This document shows, piece after piece, positions 53,414-63,990 of a stretch of DNA of 64,000 nucleotides. This stretch comes from Octopus vulgaris (Eukaryota): contig OX597830.1 in assembly GCA_951406725.2 (NCBI GenBank), forward strand, positions 58,466,001 through 58,530,000. Reading direction: 5' to 3'. Positions within the stretch are counted from its first letter, which is position 1. Each line of letters starts with the position of its first letter. Made by a program: the position numbers and the translations under genes. Below the pieces are notes generated by a model. It was not told the origin of the DNA, ran no database searches, and saw nothing but the letters and a program-made list of their open reading frames with translations.

Positions 53414-53993
53414 CAGTGGTTCTCAACCTGTGGTCCACAAAGGCAGTATTGGGGGGTCGGTGAACAAATTCAAAATTTCATATAAAATTATAATTAAGGG
53501 AATAGAAAAAAATTTCTAGCCTCTATGCTGAAAGTAGATACTAAATCATCTCCCCATTATATGATTTTACCTTAGTTTGTCTATTTTTTATATGCTGGCC
53601 ACTGGTAACATCTAAAAAAAAGGTTTATCCTTTATTATTATTATTATTATTCTCATTATTATTTTATATTCGGTTGGTGCATAATTATTGTGGCTTTTTT
53701 TCCACCAAATTTTATTCAACGAAAACAATAATATTTAACAAAAACATATTTAAATGACGGTCTGACCATCTGCCAAGCAAATGGGAAGCAGTAATTGAAG
53801 TAGATGGTGATTATGCTCCAGAATAATCATTTAAAGATGTTTTTGTTACATGTTGTTATTGTTTTTGTTGAAAAAAGCTGCAATAATTATACGCCAACCC
53901 AATATATATATATATATATACATACATACACATACACATAAGGAAAGGCATATTAAAAGGGGTCCTTTGTAGTGAAAAGGTTGGGCACCACTG
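53414..53993. mobile_element. hAT (Charlie/Buster-like) MITE
   Basis: TIRs CAGTGGTTCTCAACC / GGTTGGGCACCACTG. 8-bp target-site duplication GTCTAGAC / GTCTATAC. Confidence 0.85.
53669..53902 (+). mobile_element. Mariner MITE nested in the hAT MITE
   Basis: TA-flanked TIRs TTCGGTTGGTGCATAATTATTG / CAATAATTATACGCCAACCCAA. Internal relic DHLPSKWEAVIEVDGDYAPE*. Confidence 0.85.
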
Positions 53994-54807
53994 GTCTATA
54001 CTGTGAAATTACCTGATCTGGCTTGGAGTTTAGGATTAGGTTTAGAGTTAAGGTTAGGGTCTGGGATAAGACTGCATGATAAAGTGCAAATAGCCAGGTG
54101 GACCACACACTGAAGTAGCCCCAAAACATCTTAAGAAATATTCTCTTTGGCACACTTTTGTTTTTCTTTGTTTCATGAGATTGTTATTCAAATTTATATC
54201 GGCCAAGATTTGAACAAATTGGACAAGAAACTGCATTTCATAAAGCAAACAGACTCTCTCTTTAGAAACTGTGTCAGAGTTCATGTCCTAAAACGTACAG
54301 GTCTCTGAGATTGAGTTACTGAGTTTATTGGCCATATAGCTATCTGTTCTACCCAGGCAATACTCTTGTAAATGTGTTGTACTCTTGGACAAAACACATA
54401 ACCCTACCCACTTCATACTGTTTCTCCAACATCAGGTTTCACAGCTAATTGGTTAGTTGCATGGGAATCTAACAGTAAAAACATTTCTTCCCTGCCTTCT
54501 TTACAGCAGTAAAAAGAAAAAGTCCCACATATACTAGCATAGAAAATAATATAAAAAAATAAGAAAAGAAAGCGATTTTGTTGTTTTTTTTCATTGTGAC
54601 ATCAATGTCACTAATTGGCATTAAAAATATGATAATGTTCACCTTACAAACGAAACAAGTCTTGTTGGTATTGTGATGAATATTGGTCAAACACTCCTGA
54701 ATAGTAGATTTTCCTTATTTGATGATGAGAACCTGCTGCCCTCCACAAATTCAAAATCTTACATTATTTACATTTGACGGATATTTGTCCTCATTTTGTT
54801 TGTTGTT

Positions 54808-54853
54808 AACACAACATTTCGGCTGATATACCCTTCAGCCTTCATCAGGTGTC
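54808..54853 (-). ncRNA. Penelope-type minimal type I hammerhead ribozyme
   Basis: Minus strand reads GACAC-CTGATGA-A-GGCTG-aagggtatat-CAGCC-GAAA-TG-TT-GTGTT. Stem I is GACAC/GTGTT, stem II is 5 bp, and stem III looks like a CpG-decayed AACGTT palindrome. Confidence 0.7.
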
Positions 54854-54920
54854 TTGGGGAAATTTTGAACCTGGGTTCTCATTCCTAAGTAGTTGTTATT
54901 ATTATTATTATTATTATTAA

Positions 54921-55201
54921 GCCAAAATTAAAAGAATCATGCCATTGTCATCTAGTGATTCATATTTTGACATCTCGTGTGTCTTCCACAGGTTCAAAAA
55001 ATAATTTTGTCAATCTTCTTCATTTTGGTTAATATAGAAAGGATTGAGGTAACTCCTCCAGAAGATATAGAGTCAAAATTAAAATAATTATGTTTTGAAC
55101 CGGTTGAAGACACACGAGATGTCAAAATATCAATCACCAGATGACAATGGCACTCTACTTTTAATTTTGACTCTATATCTTCTGAGTTACCTCAATCCTT
55201 T
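54921..55201. mobile_element. Fold-back insertion with two overlapping inverted repeats, inside an (ATT)n tract
   Basis: Arms 54921-55005/55085-55171 and 55038-55084/55159-55201. (ATT)n on both sides. Confidence 0.75.
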
Positions 55202-55589
55202 ATTATTATTATTATTATTATTCAGGTCACTGCCAGGAATCGAACTCGGTATCTTGGGATTAGTAACCCATGCTCTATGCCATATACTTTGTGGGCAGTT
55301 ATGGAGTGAACTTTAGATGCTCGTCTGAAGAAAAGTGGAGCTTTATGGACTTGTTATTCTTTTGCTTGTTTCAGTCAGTGGATTGCAGCCATGCTGGGCC
55401 ACCACTTTGAAAGATTTTAATTGAGTAAATCAACCCCCCCCCTATCACTGTTTTCATTTCAAATCCGGTGCTTATTATGTCAATTTTTTTTTGCCAAACT
55501 GCTAAGTTACAGGAATGTAAAAAAAAATCAATACTAGTTTCATGCAATGAGAGACAAACACAAATACTAGAGTGCACCCCCCCCACATA

Positions 55590-56655
55590 TGTATTGTTGA
55601 CAGTAACTTCAGACTTTAAGCCTATTTACTCCTGTTGGACTGTGGTACATTTGAATCAATCTTGGTTTTATATAGTCTTTGATGTATTTAATTTTTCTTG
55701 GTAACATGGAGCTCTATTAAATGATAATTAGATTGTTGGATAAATTCTGATGGAAAGATATTATGGAAAATTTTTATTGATCAAATCTGGAGTTGAGTTA
55801 TTACTCAGAATTTAGTCATGCATGTAGAACTTTGAAATCATGTCTCTCTATTTAGGTGTGTCAGTTTCATGTCTTGGGGTTGGTTTTTTTGAGTTCACAA
55901 ACGAATGTAGGTAGGTGAAAAGTTTAGTTTGTCTGCAGTATAAATAGGTTTAGTTGTTGATTCTCTTTGAACACTAATGGAAGATTTAACCTGTTTGTTT
56001 TGGAAATATGCAGGTTCTGGTCAGAGTTCAGTCGAGCACATACAGCTGTGTAATTAGGTGTATCAGCTTTAGATCATGGAGTTTTTAAGAGTTCACAAAA
56101 GAGTAGGTGAAAAGGTTAGTTGGTCAGCAGATTTCTGCTTTTGTTGGTGTAATTTAAATTTAACCTGCTTCTTTTGGAAAGGTGGAGGCTATTGTTTTAG
56201 AGTTCAGTCAAGCATGTATATCTTAGTGATTAGGTGTCTCAGCTTTAGATCAAATCTCTCACATGTATTCAAATGACATCAACAACAGCTAAACCTATTT
56301 ACACACCTACTGACAATCTAACCTTTTCACCTACCTACATTCTTTTGTAAACCCTAAATATCTCCAAAACCTGAAGATGAAGTAGCTAAAGGGACAGACC
56401 TGATTACAAAGTTCTAGATGCATGACTGAATTCTGAACAGTAACACAACTCCAAATTTAATCAATAAAAAAAATCTTATATAATATCTTTCCATCAGAAC
56501 CTATCTTACAACCTAATTATCATTCAACAGAGCTTCACTTACCCTTAAAAAATTAAGTTTACCAGAAACTATATAAAGCTAAGATGAATTCAAATGTACC
56601 ACAATCCAATGAAGGAAAAGCAACCTGAAACTTTGAAGTCACTGTCAACACTATT
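55590..56655. repeat. Long diverged inverted repeat (~400-nt arms) with an internal ~190-nt direct duplication
   Basis: 55590-55985 is the reverse complement of ~56255-56655 (for example TTCTGATGGAAAGATATTAT vs ATAATATCTTTCCATCAGAA). GAGTTCACAAA…CAGCTTTAGATCA occurs twice across the inner arm and spacer. Confidence 0.85.
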
Positions 56656-57049
56656 CTTGTTAAAAAATGATAAATATTTATTCTACAAACAAAAAGTATT
56701 GAGTAATCCTTCAGTTTAATGAAATATTATTTTTATTATAACATGTCTGAGCATAGAAGGGACATGTCTTGCATAGGTTTTTGCTGTTGTTCTGTTGATG
56801 ATAAAGTTCTTGTTTTGGTGGGGTTCTAATGTTGTTCATATATATATATATATATATATAAATGAGGTGGGATTCTATACAATTTCTTTCACATAAATTT
56901 TTTGACAAGACATTTGTGTGCCTGAGGTACTTGGTAAAGTTGCCATTGGTGTTGAGCTTGGTTGTTAAGCAAGATTCTTAACCAGCTATGCCTATACCCA
57001 ATAACTGGCACTATTGAAATTTTGTTTTGAAATTTCTGACAAGAACCAT

Positions 57050-57355
57050 ATTGCAGACGGGATCTCATATAAACATTACAGCAATGCAGTTTGATGTATT
57101 TTAAGGAACCCTTAAAAATTGTTTACTGGAAACACAATCATACTTTGTGCACATGGAAATTCCTATTACGTTTGTAATTAGAAGTGAACCAGCATAACCA
57201 TTTTGTGGACATCTCAGTTGATACACACACACCCTTAAACTCTGAAACACCAACGATTCAAAATCATTGGAATAACCATGATGTTCTGGTGATCTGACGA
57301 GCTGGTTTCCTTTATTTGCATTGGTTTGTGTATAAATACAGCTGAACCGTATAAT
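57050..57355 (+). mobile_element. Penelope-like element relic: GIY-YIG endonuclease 3' end followed by a hammerhead-like motif
   Basis: Frameshifted pieces approximate IYNIT..QCSLMY, GTLKNCLLE(H) (R.L..R..EH motif) and WIHTLK.ETP.. (WIxxLxTxxPxGLN-like). These are followed by CTGACGA-GCTG…CAGC-T-GAAC-CGTA at 57294-57351. Confidence 0.5.
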
Positions 57356-57464
57356 GCACAGCATGCATATTAATGCAAACATAATTGTATTTCACACTGG
57401 AATTATTATTACACGAAGACAGATGCAAAATGGCCATAATCCTAAGTGCTTAAATATATTCATC

Positions 57465-57951
57465 TCACATACCTCCTGACTTGAAGCCATTTAAAAGCAC
57501 CCATGCGGTGTCACATAAAAGTGCCTGTGCAGTGCCAAGTAAAAGCACCCAGTACACTTCAATCCTTGGGCAATAAGCTGCACTTGCAAAGACCTGTTGA
57601 GGCAAGAAAAGTTGTTGTGGCCGATGACAGTATCGCCTGATTGGCACCTGTGCCAGTGACATGTAAAAAGCACCGTTCAAGTGTGGTCAATGTCAGTACC
57701 GCCTGACTGACACCCATGCTGGTGGCATGTAAAAAGCACCATTCGAGCATGGTCGATGCCAGTACCGCCTGACTGGCCCTCATACTGGTGGCATGTTAAA
57801 GCACCCACTACACTCTCAGAGTGGTTGGCGTTAGGAAGGGCATCTGGCTGTAGATTGGATTGGAGCCTGGTGCAGCCTCCTGGCTTGCCAGTACCCAGTC
57901 AAACCGTCCAACCCATTCCAGCATGGAAAGCAGAGGTGAAACGATGATGAT
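57465..57951 (+). mobile_element. (GAT)n-tailed retroposon, family D, with internal ~60-nt repeats
   Basis: GAGTGGTTGGCGTTAGGAAGGGCATC…CCAACCCAT.CCAGCATGGAAAG…GATGATGA. Other copies at ~3078-3420(-), 9560-9970(+), 21262-21450(-), 21511-22000(-), 44810-44990(+), 52693-52850(-) and 57966-58230(-). Confidence 0.85.
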
Positions 57952-58417
57952 CCATTCACTAAATATCATCATCATCATCATTTAACACCCACTTTCTATT
58001 TCCATGCTGGAATGGGTTGGAACTGGCAAGCCAGAGGACTGCACCAGGATCCAGTCTAACTTTGGGTTGGATGCCCTTCCTAATGCCAACCCCTCCAAGA
58101 GTGTAGTGGGAGCCTTTTAGATGCCACTGGCACTGGTGCCATTACGTGAACTGGCACAGGTGCTTTTATGTGCCACCATCACTGGCTACAACTACGATTT
58201 AACTTGACTCAATGAGTCTTCTCAGGCATAACATGGAGGCAAAACTCTGGATAACCCTATGAACTGGCCATAACTAGCAGTCTCTAAGTACCCTACTGCC
58301 CTATAATTTAGAGTGTGCTTCTTTTTCGGATTTATGATTTATTGATGATATATATATATTGATGTATGCATGTGTGTGTGTGTGTGTGTGCGTGTGTATA
58401 TATATATGTATAACATA

Positions 58418-58800
58418 GGCACAGGAGTGGCTGTGTAGCAAGTAGCTTGCTTACCAACCACATGGTTCTGGGTTCAGTCCCACTGCATGGCATCTTGGGC
58501 AAGTGTCTTCTACTATAGCTTTGGGCCGACCAAAGCCTTGTGAGTGGATTTGCTAACTGAAAGAAGCCTGTCGTATATATGTATGTGTGTGTGTGTGTTT
58601 GTGTGTCTGTGTTTGTCCCCCCAACATCGCTTGACAACCGATGCTGGTGTGTTTACGTCCCCGTAACTTAGCGGTTCGGCAAAAGAGACCGATAGAATAA
58701 GTACTAGGCTTACAAAGAAAAAGTCCTGGGGTCGATTTGCTCGACTAAAGGTGGTGCTCCAGCATGGCCACAGTCAAATGACTGAAACAAGTAAAAGAGT
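58418..58800 (+). mobile_element. tRNA-derived CORE-type SINE, family A, full length
   Basis: A/B boxes (TGGCTGTGTAG, GGTTCAGTCCC), CORE-like GCATCTTGGGCAAGTGTCTT, an internal (TA)(TG) tract and a conserved tail ending ATGACTGAAACAAGTAAAAGAG. Other copies at ~300-650(-), 1720-1990(+), 2447-2845(-), 5428-5590 plus 6995-7172(+), 16670-16953(-), 19403-19770(+), 22757-22865(+), 40540-40890(+), 41035-41180(+), 41182-41790(-), 42478-42840(-) and 55355-55570(-). Confidence 0.9.
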
Positions 58801-61599
58801 ATAAATAATATATATATGCATATGTAGATACTTACATCTACACACACACACACACATATATGCATATATGGGCACAAGACATCACAAAACGAGTACAACA
58901 AAAAATACGAAGTATGAGTTACATGGAATATAACTTTTTTCTCGAACAACGAAAGACACAAATGGAAAACAAGACAAACAACATAAAGAACGACTCTTCA
59001 TCAGTTGTTGGCTGTTTTTCTATTCTCGTATTTCGAGCATTTAACAACAATATACGCTTTCGATAAAACAGTTGCTCTTGCAAAGCAAATTAAATAAAAT
59101 TTTGGATTTTTCGGAGGGTCAAAATTGGTATCACAAACAGGGAGGGGCTGCTAAGCCTAAACAAGGTTGTGATGGTGAATGCGTAAATCAAGCTTGGACA
59201 GGATATATTAACATGTATATATGCATATAAAGATCCTCAACTCTGGATGGAGTTGTAGAGATGCTGTTGTTGTATACAATCTGTCTTGTATATTTTAAAC
59301 TTGGTGGAACCTATTCCTCTCCAGTTCTAAAAGCAGATGATCGCTTACAGAAGTGGAAGAACCGAATCGACTCTGAAACAACGAAAGTGAAACTGACCTT
59401 GGCAAAATTTGAACTTGGAGGGCTGAGAGTCAGAACAAGTATCACAATTCATTTGTAGTGGAGGCAACAACGATTCTCCCTTCAAATTTTGGCATAAGGT
59501 CAGAAATTTCGGGGAGGGTGTAACTCAACTACATCGACTCTAGTGCTCAACTTGTGCCTATTATATCGACCCAGAACGAAAAAAAGGCAAAGTCGACCTT
59601 GGTGGAATTTGCACCTAGAACATAAAGACGGACGAAATGTTGCTAAGCATTGTGCCCCGCATGCTAAAGATTCTGCCAGCTCCACGCTTTGACTCTCCCA
59701 GGAATATTGGTTTCAAATTTTGGAAGAAGCCAGCTGTTTTGGGGGAGAGGGTAAGTCAATTACATCGACCCCAGGGCTCAACTGGTACTTAATTTATAGA
59801 CCTTGTGGGGATGAAACACAAAGTCAACTTCGGAGGAGTTTGAACTTAGAACGTAAGGACGGAGGAAATGCCGCCAAGCATTTTCAATGGCGCGGTAACA
59901 ATTTTACCGGCTCGCCACTTTGACTGTTCAAGAAATGCTAAAAAAAGGTGAAAGCGGAGTCAGAAAGATTTCTTAAAACAGAAATTGGAAGAAGGGAGAT
60001 AACCATTGAACCACTTTATGGTTTAAGATGATAAAGAAAGAAATATTTGTGAAAACTTTTTAAAATGTCATTTCAGATTTTTTTATTCATTAAATTTGAA
60101 AGTATTTGGAGAAGAAAATGGGCCTGAAAAAAAAAAAAAAAAAAAAGGACTGTAGACAGAGAAAGAAAGAAATAACGAGTAAATGAGAATAACGACAGAA
60201 GGGCTAAAAAGAAGTAAAAATAATTGAAGATAAAATGAAACAAAGTTGTTGCCAAAACATTATAAATTATTGAAAGTGGGTAGAAATAAACACTGTGTAG
60301 TGTAACAGTAATACGCTGGGGTATCTGTAGAAAGTTGAATGTGATTTCGGAATATAACGAGAAAAAATTCGGATCTTGCGAATTTTCCGAAAGTCCTCTC
60401 CCCACCTCAAGATTTTTCCTACAAATCACTTTTTAATCATAATTTATGCCGTTTGAAAGGTATTTATATAAAATTTCTTAAAAAAAAACAAAACATTTTC
60501 CTAAAAGTTATGAGGGAAAAACTCGGATCTTGTGAATTTTCCGAGGTCTTCTCCCGTTGCTTTGTGCGTATTTTTTTTCATGTTTCCTAACCATTTTTTT
60601 TTACACCTGTTGCACTATTGTTTTGATTTTCGTTTCCGGGTCAAGTTGTAAACCCATTTTCTTTCTTTTTTTTTTACTTTACTTGTTTATTGCTTTATAA
60701 AAATATCGGACACTTGTTTCATTTTGTTGATAGATTTAGCTGCTCTTTCTAGTGAGTCGAACGACCAGTAGAGAATCCCTGGTTTTGTCGAGAGAAGACG
60801 ATGTTTACAAAGGATAATGAGGCGAGGTTGAATGTTACCTGGTTGTGTTGTTGTTTAACACCAAATCTGTCCGGACTGAGCTGAATCTATAAAAGCGTAG
60901 CCTTCCAATGAAGACCACCTCATTCAGGCCTCTTTTTGTTGTTTTTTTGTTAGGACATCACTGTGTCGCTTGTGAGAGATTTGACTACTATTTCTAGCAG
61001 GTCAAGGGAGACTCACTCCAAACAGTATTCTAATTACTGTTGCTAAATTGGAAGTTTCCATTGAGATGTGGGCAAAACGAAGACTGAATTTAGATGCGTG
61101 TGTGAAAATGTCTATAGAATATTCAGCTTAAAAAATATCAAGTTACGCACCTTTATGTTCTAAGTTCAAATCCCGCTCAGGTCACCTCTGTCTTTAATTC
61201 GTCTAAAGTTCGATAAATAAGTATTAAACTAGAGATCGATATAATCAATTGTAAACCTTTCCTAAAATTTGTGTCTTTGTGTCCATGTTAGCGAGAAACT
61301 TTCAACTTTGTAAAAGCTAAAATATCCACAGACGTTATTCTATAAAATATATCTCTGTTAAAATATAAATATACAACCTAACACTCAACAGTGTGAACAG
61401 ACGGATGATCAAAAGCATTCTAGCCATGACTTCCCCTTCGTTATCCGATTCACTTCCCTTTTAAAGACAGTCTGTTCAAAGAGAGAGAGAGAGAGATTTA
61501 GCTGCTATTTCAAAGTGGTCGAGCCACTAACTAGAGACCCTCCTTCGCTCTTCGAATTTTCCTTTTCCCGCCAGTTTACCAACAACTTCCTTTTCAGAA

Positions 61600-61745
61600 A
61601 TGGCCAGTGATCCCAAAAAGTGCAAGACACCTTTCTACAGAAAATATCTACCTGAGCATGGTGTGATTTACACCATCAAAGAAATTATTGAAATGGATGT
61701 TACACAGACAAACTCTTTACCGAAAGCAGTTCGTGTGAACGGAAA
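61600..61745 (+). CDS. TEN1: TEN1-like (CST complex OB-fold subunit) first coding exon
   Basis: CTTCCTTTTCAG|AA-ATG-G acceptor and start. Open frame MASDPKKCKTPFYRKYLPEHGVIYTIKEIIEMDVTQTNSLPKAVRVNG+AA, then a |GTGAGT donor. Resembles the TEN1 N-terminus as I recall it (LPKPGTYYLPWEV…STLRTFGR). No downstream exon found in the window. Confidence 0.6.
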
Positions 61746-63602
61746 GTGAGTAAAAGATTCGTTACGAAAACACTTGTTTATAAATTCAATTTAATGTGGA
61801 GTAGATTCGCGCTTTCGTCCGAAGAGGGAAAAAGAAAACGTCTTGGTATTTTTGCAAGTTTCGCCGTTCTTTTTTTAATTTTTTTTATATATGTGGGGTT
61901 AAGGTTATGGGTGGGGGAAAAGGGTTTCTTTTTTTCTTCAGAAATGTAAATAAACCGACGTGGGTTTATAATTGGCAGTTATGGTACTTGTACCGAAAGA
62001 TCGCGTGGTTTTACTGTTTTTACAAATTTTATTGAGCTGTCCTCTTGATAACCCAGCCCGCCAGAAGCAGGGCTAGCTGGGGTGGAAAAAATTCGCCCTT
62101 TAAGGGCAACAATAACATCACCAACGATGGAGGGAGCGGAGTACCGCGACACCGCTGCCACCACTGCCATCGCGAGGACCAACCAAAGCAACAACAACAA
62201 CAACACTAAGAAGCAGGGGCGGACTGAGAGTATTAAGAGCCCTGAGGCATAACTGTTTATCGGGCTCCTTAGTATTGATATCAGTAGAGTTAGCATGTAG
62301 GAGTGCGGGCCCTCGGCTCAGTCCGCCCTTGCTAAGCAGGAAAGTAAAGAGAAAGAAAAGAGAATTCTGTAACGGGAAGCACCTACACATTTCACCACCT
62401 CGTCGAACAAAGAAGAAGAAATTAGCAAAGCAACGACGTCTGTTGCTCTTTCTAAGCAAACATTGTTCGCTCAGATGTGTCAGAGAAGAGAGGAGGTGGA
62501 ATTATCAAAGAGGAGTTGGCTAAGGCAAAAATGCATCTCACCAGAACTGGCAGGACAAGTCCACCTTAACATACCAGAGGAAGTGCAAGAAGAAACGAGG
62601 TGTAATACAATAATATACAAATGTGTATCGCTGAAGACATGAAAAATAGAAAGAGTTATGCAGGCTCAGATCGAAAAATGCCTGAGACCCGTATAGAATC
62701 AAAAGTGTTATGTCGCCCGCACTAAAAGCTTTGGTACATCACTTGTATAACAATAGTATTTAGTTTACACTTAGCTTGCAATGTGAAGAGAAAGGGACAG
62801 AACCAACACACACACCCACACACATGTGATGAGCTTCTTTTCAGTTTCCGTTTACCAGATCTACTGACAAGACCTTGGTCAGCCTAGGGCTAGAGTAGAA
62901 GACACTTAGGTACGATAATGATGATGATATTATGAAATGGTCTGAGGAGAAAGGGTTGGTACCTTCACTGGGAAGACTTCCAAGATTGATGGCCGGACAC
63001 AAGAAGAGGAACCTACAAATCAGGAGTTGCAGTCCACGTTTATATTGAGTTCTTCTCAGACCAAACACTGGTTCCAAATATGTGCCACAGGGCATCCTGT
63101 GCTAATGATACCCAAAGACCAACAGACAGATTATGTCTCCCAGCCATAACAAAGTACAGCCACAATCCTTGCAACAAGCTTCAACACAGTTTCCATCTTA
63201 CAAGGCTTGAATTGACTTTATATCATGATAGAAGACTTGATGAGGTGCAGGGTTAGCAGGATTGAACTCAGGACCTCGTGATTACAAAGCAATATTTTTA
63301 ACCCACAAGACCAGGTCCACAACCATTTACCTTTGATATACTTTCATCACAACTGATGGTGGTGGTGGTGGTGTAGTTGTCATTGGAATTATTATTGTGA
63401 TAGTAATGATGTTGATGCTGCTGATGCTGAACCATTAAAACGTGTGTGTGTGTGTGTGTGTGTGTAAGGTATAAATTAACCAAGAGAAATATTGATTTTA
63501 TGACAGAACACAGGTGGATTGATTTAAAATTATAGAATTTTCAACTGATTTTGTCATATTGTTCATTTAAAAGAGGCTTTTATGAAATGTGTGTACATTA
63601 TA

Positions 63603-63990
63603 GGCGCAGGAGCGGCTGTGTGGTAAGTAGCTTGTTTACCAACCACATGGTTCCGGGTTCAGTCCCACTGCATGGCACCTTGGGCAAGTGTCTTCTACTA
63701 TAGCCTCGGGCCGACCAAAGCCTTGTGAGTGGATTTGGTAGACGGAAACTGAAAAAAGCCCGTCGTATATATGTATATATATGCGTGTTTGTGTGTTTGT
63801 GTTTGTCCCCTTAGCATTGCTTGACAACCGATGCTGGTGCGTTTATGTCCCCGTTACTTAGCGGTTCGGCAAAAGAGACCGATAGAATAAGTACTGGGCT
63901 TACAAAAGAATAAGTCCTGGGGTCGAGTTGCTTGATTAAAGATGGTGCTCCAGCATGGCCACAGTCAAATGACTGAAACAAGTAAGAGAG
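63603..63990 (+). mobile_element. SINE family A, young full-length copy
   Basis: Near-identical to 58418-58800, with CpGs retained. Confidence 0.9.

Noticed and set aside
54029-54060. Telomeric (TTAGGG)n
   Set aside because: Only about five degenerate units. Such tracts are common inside DNA-transposon relics.
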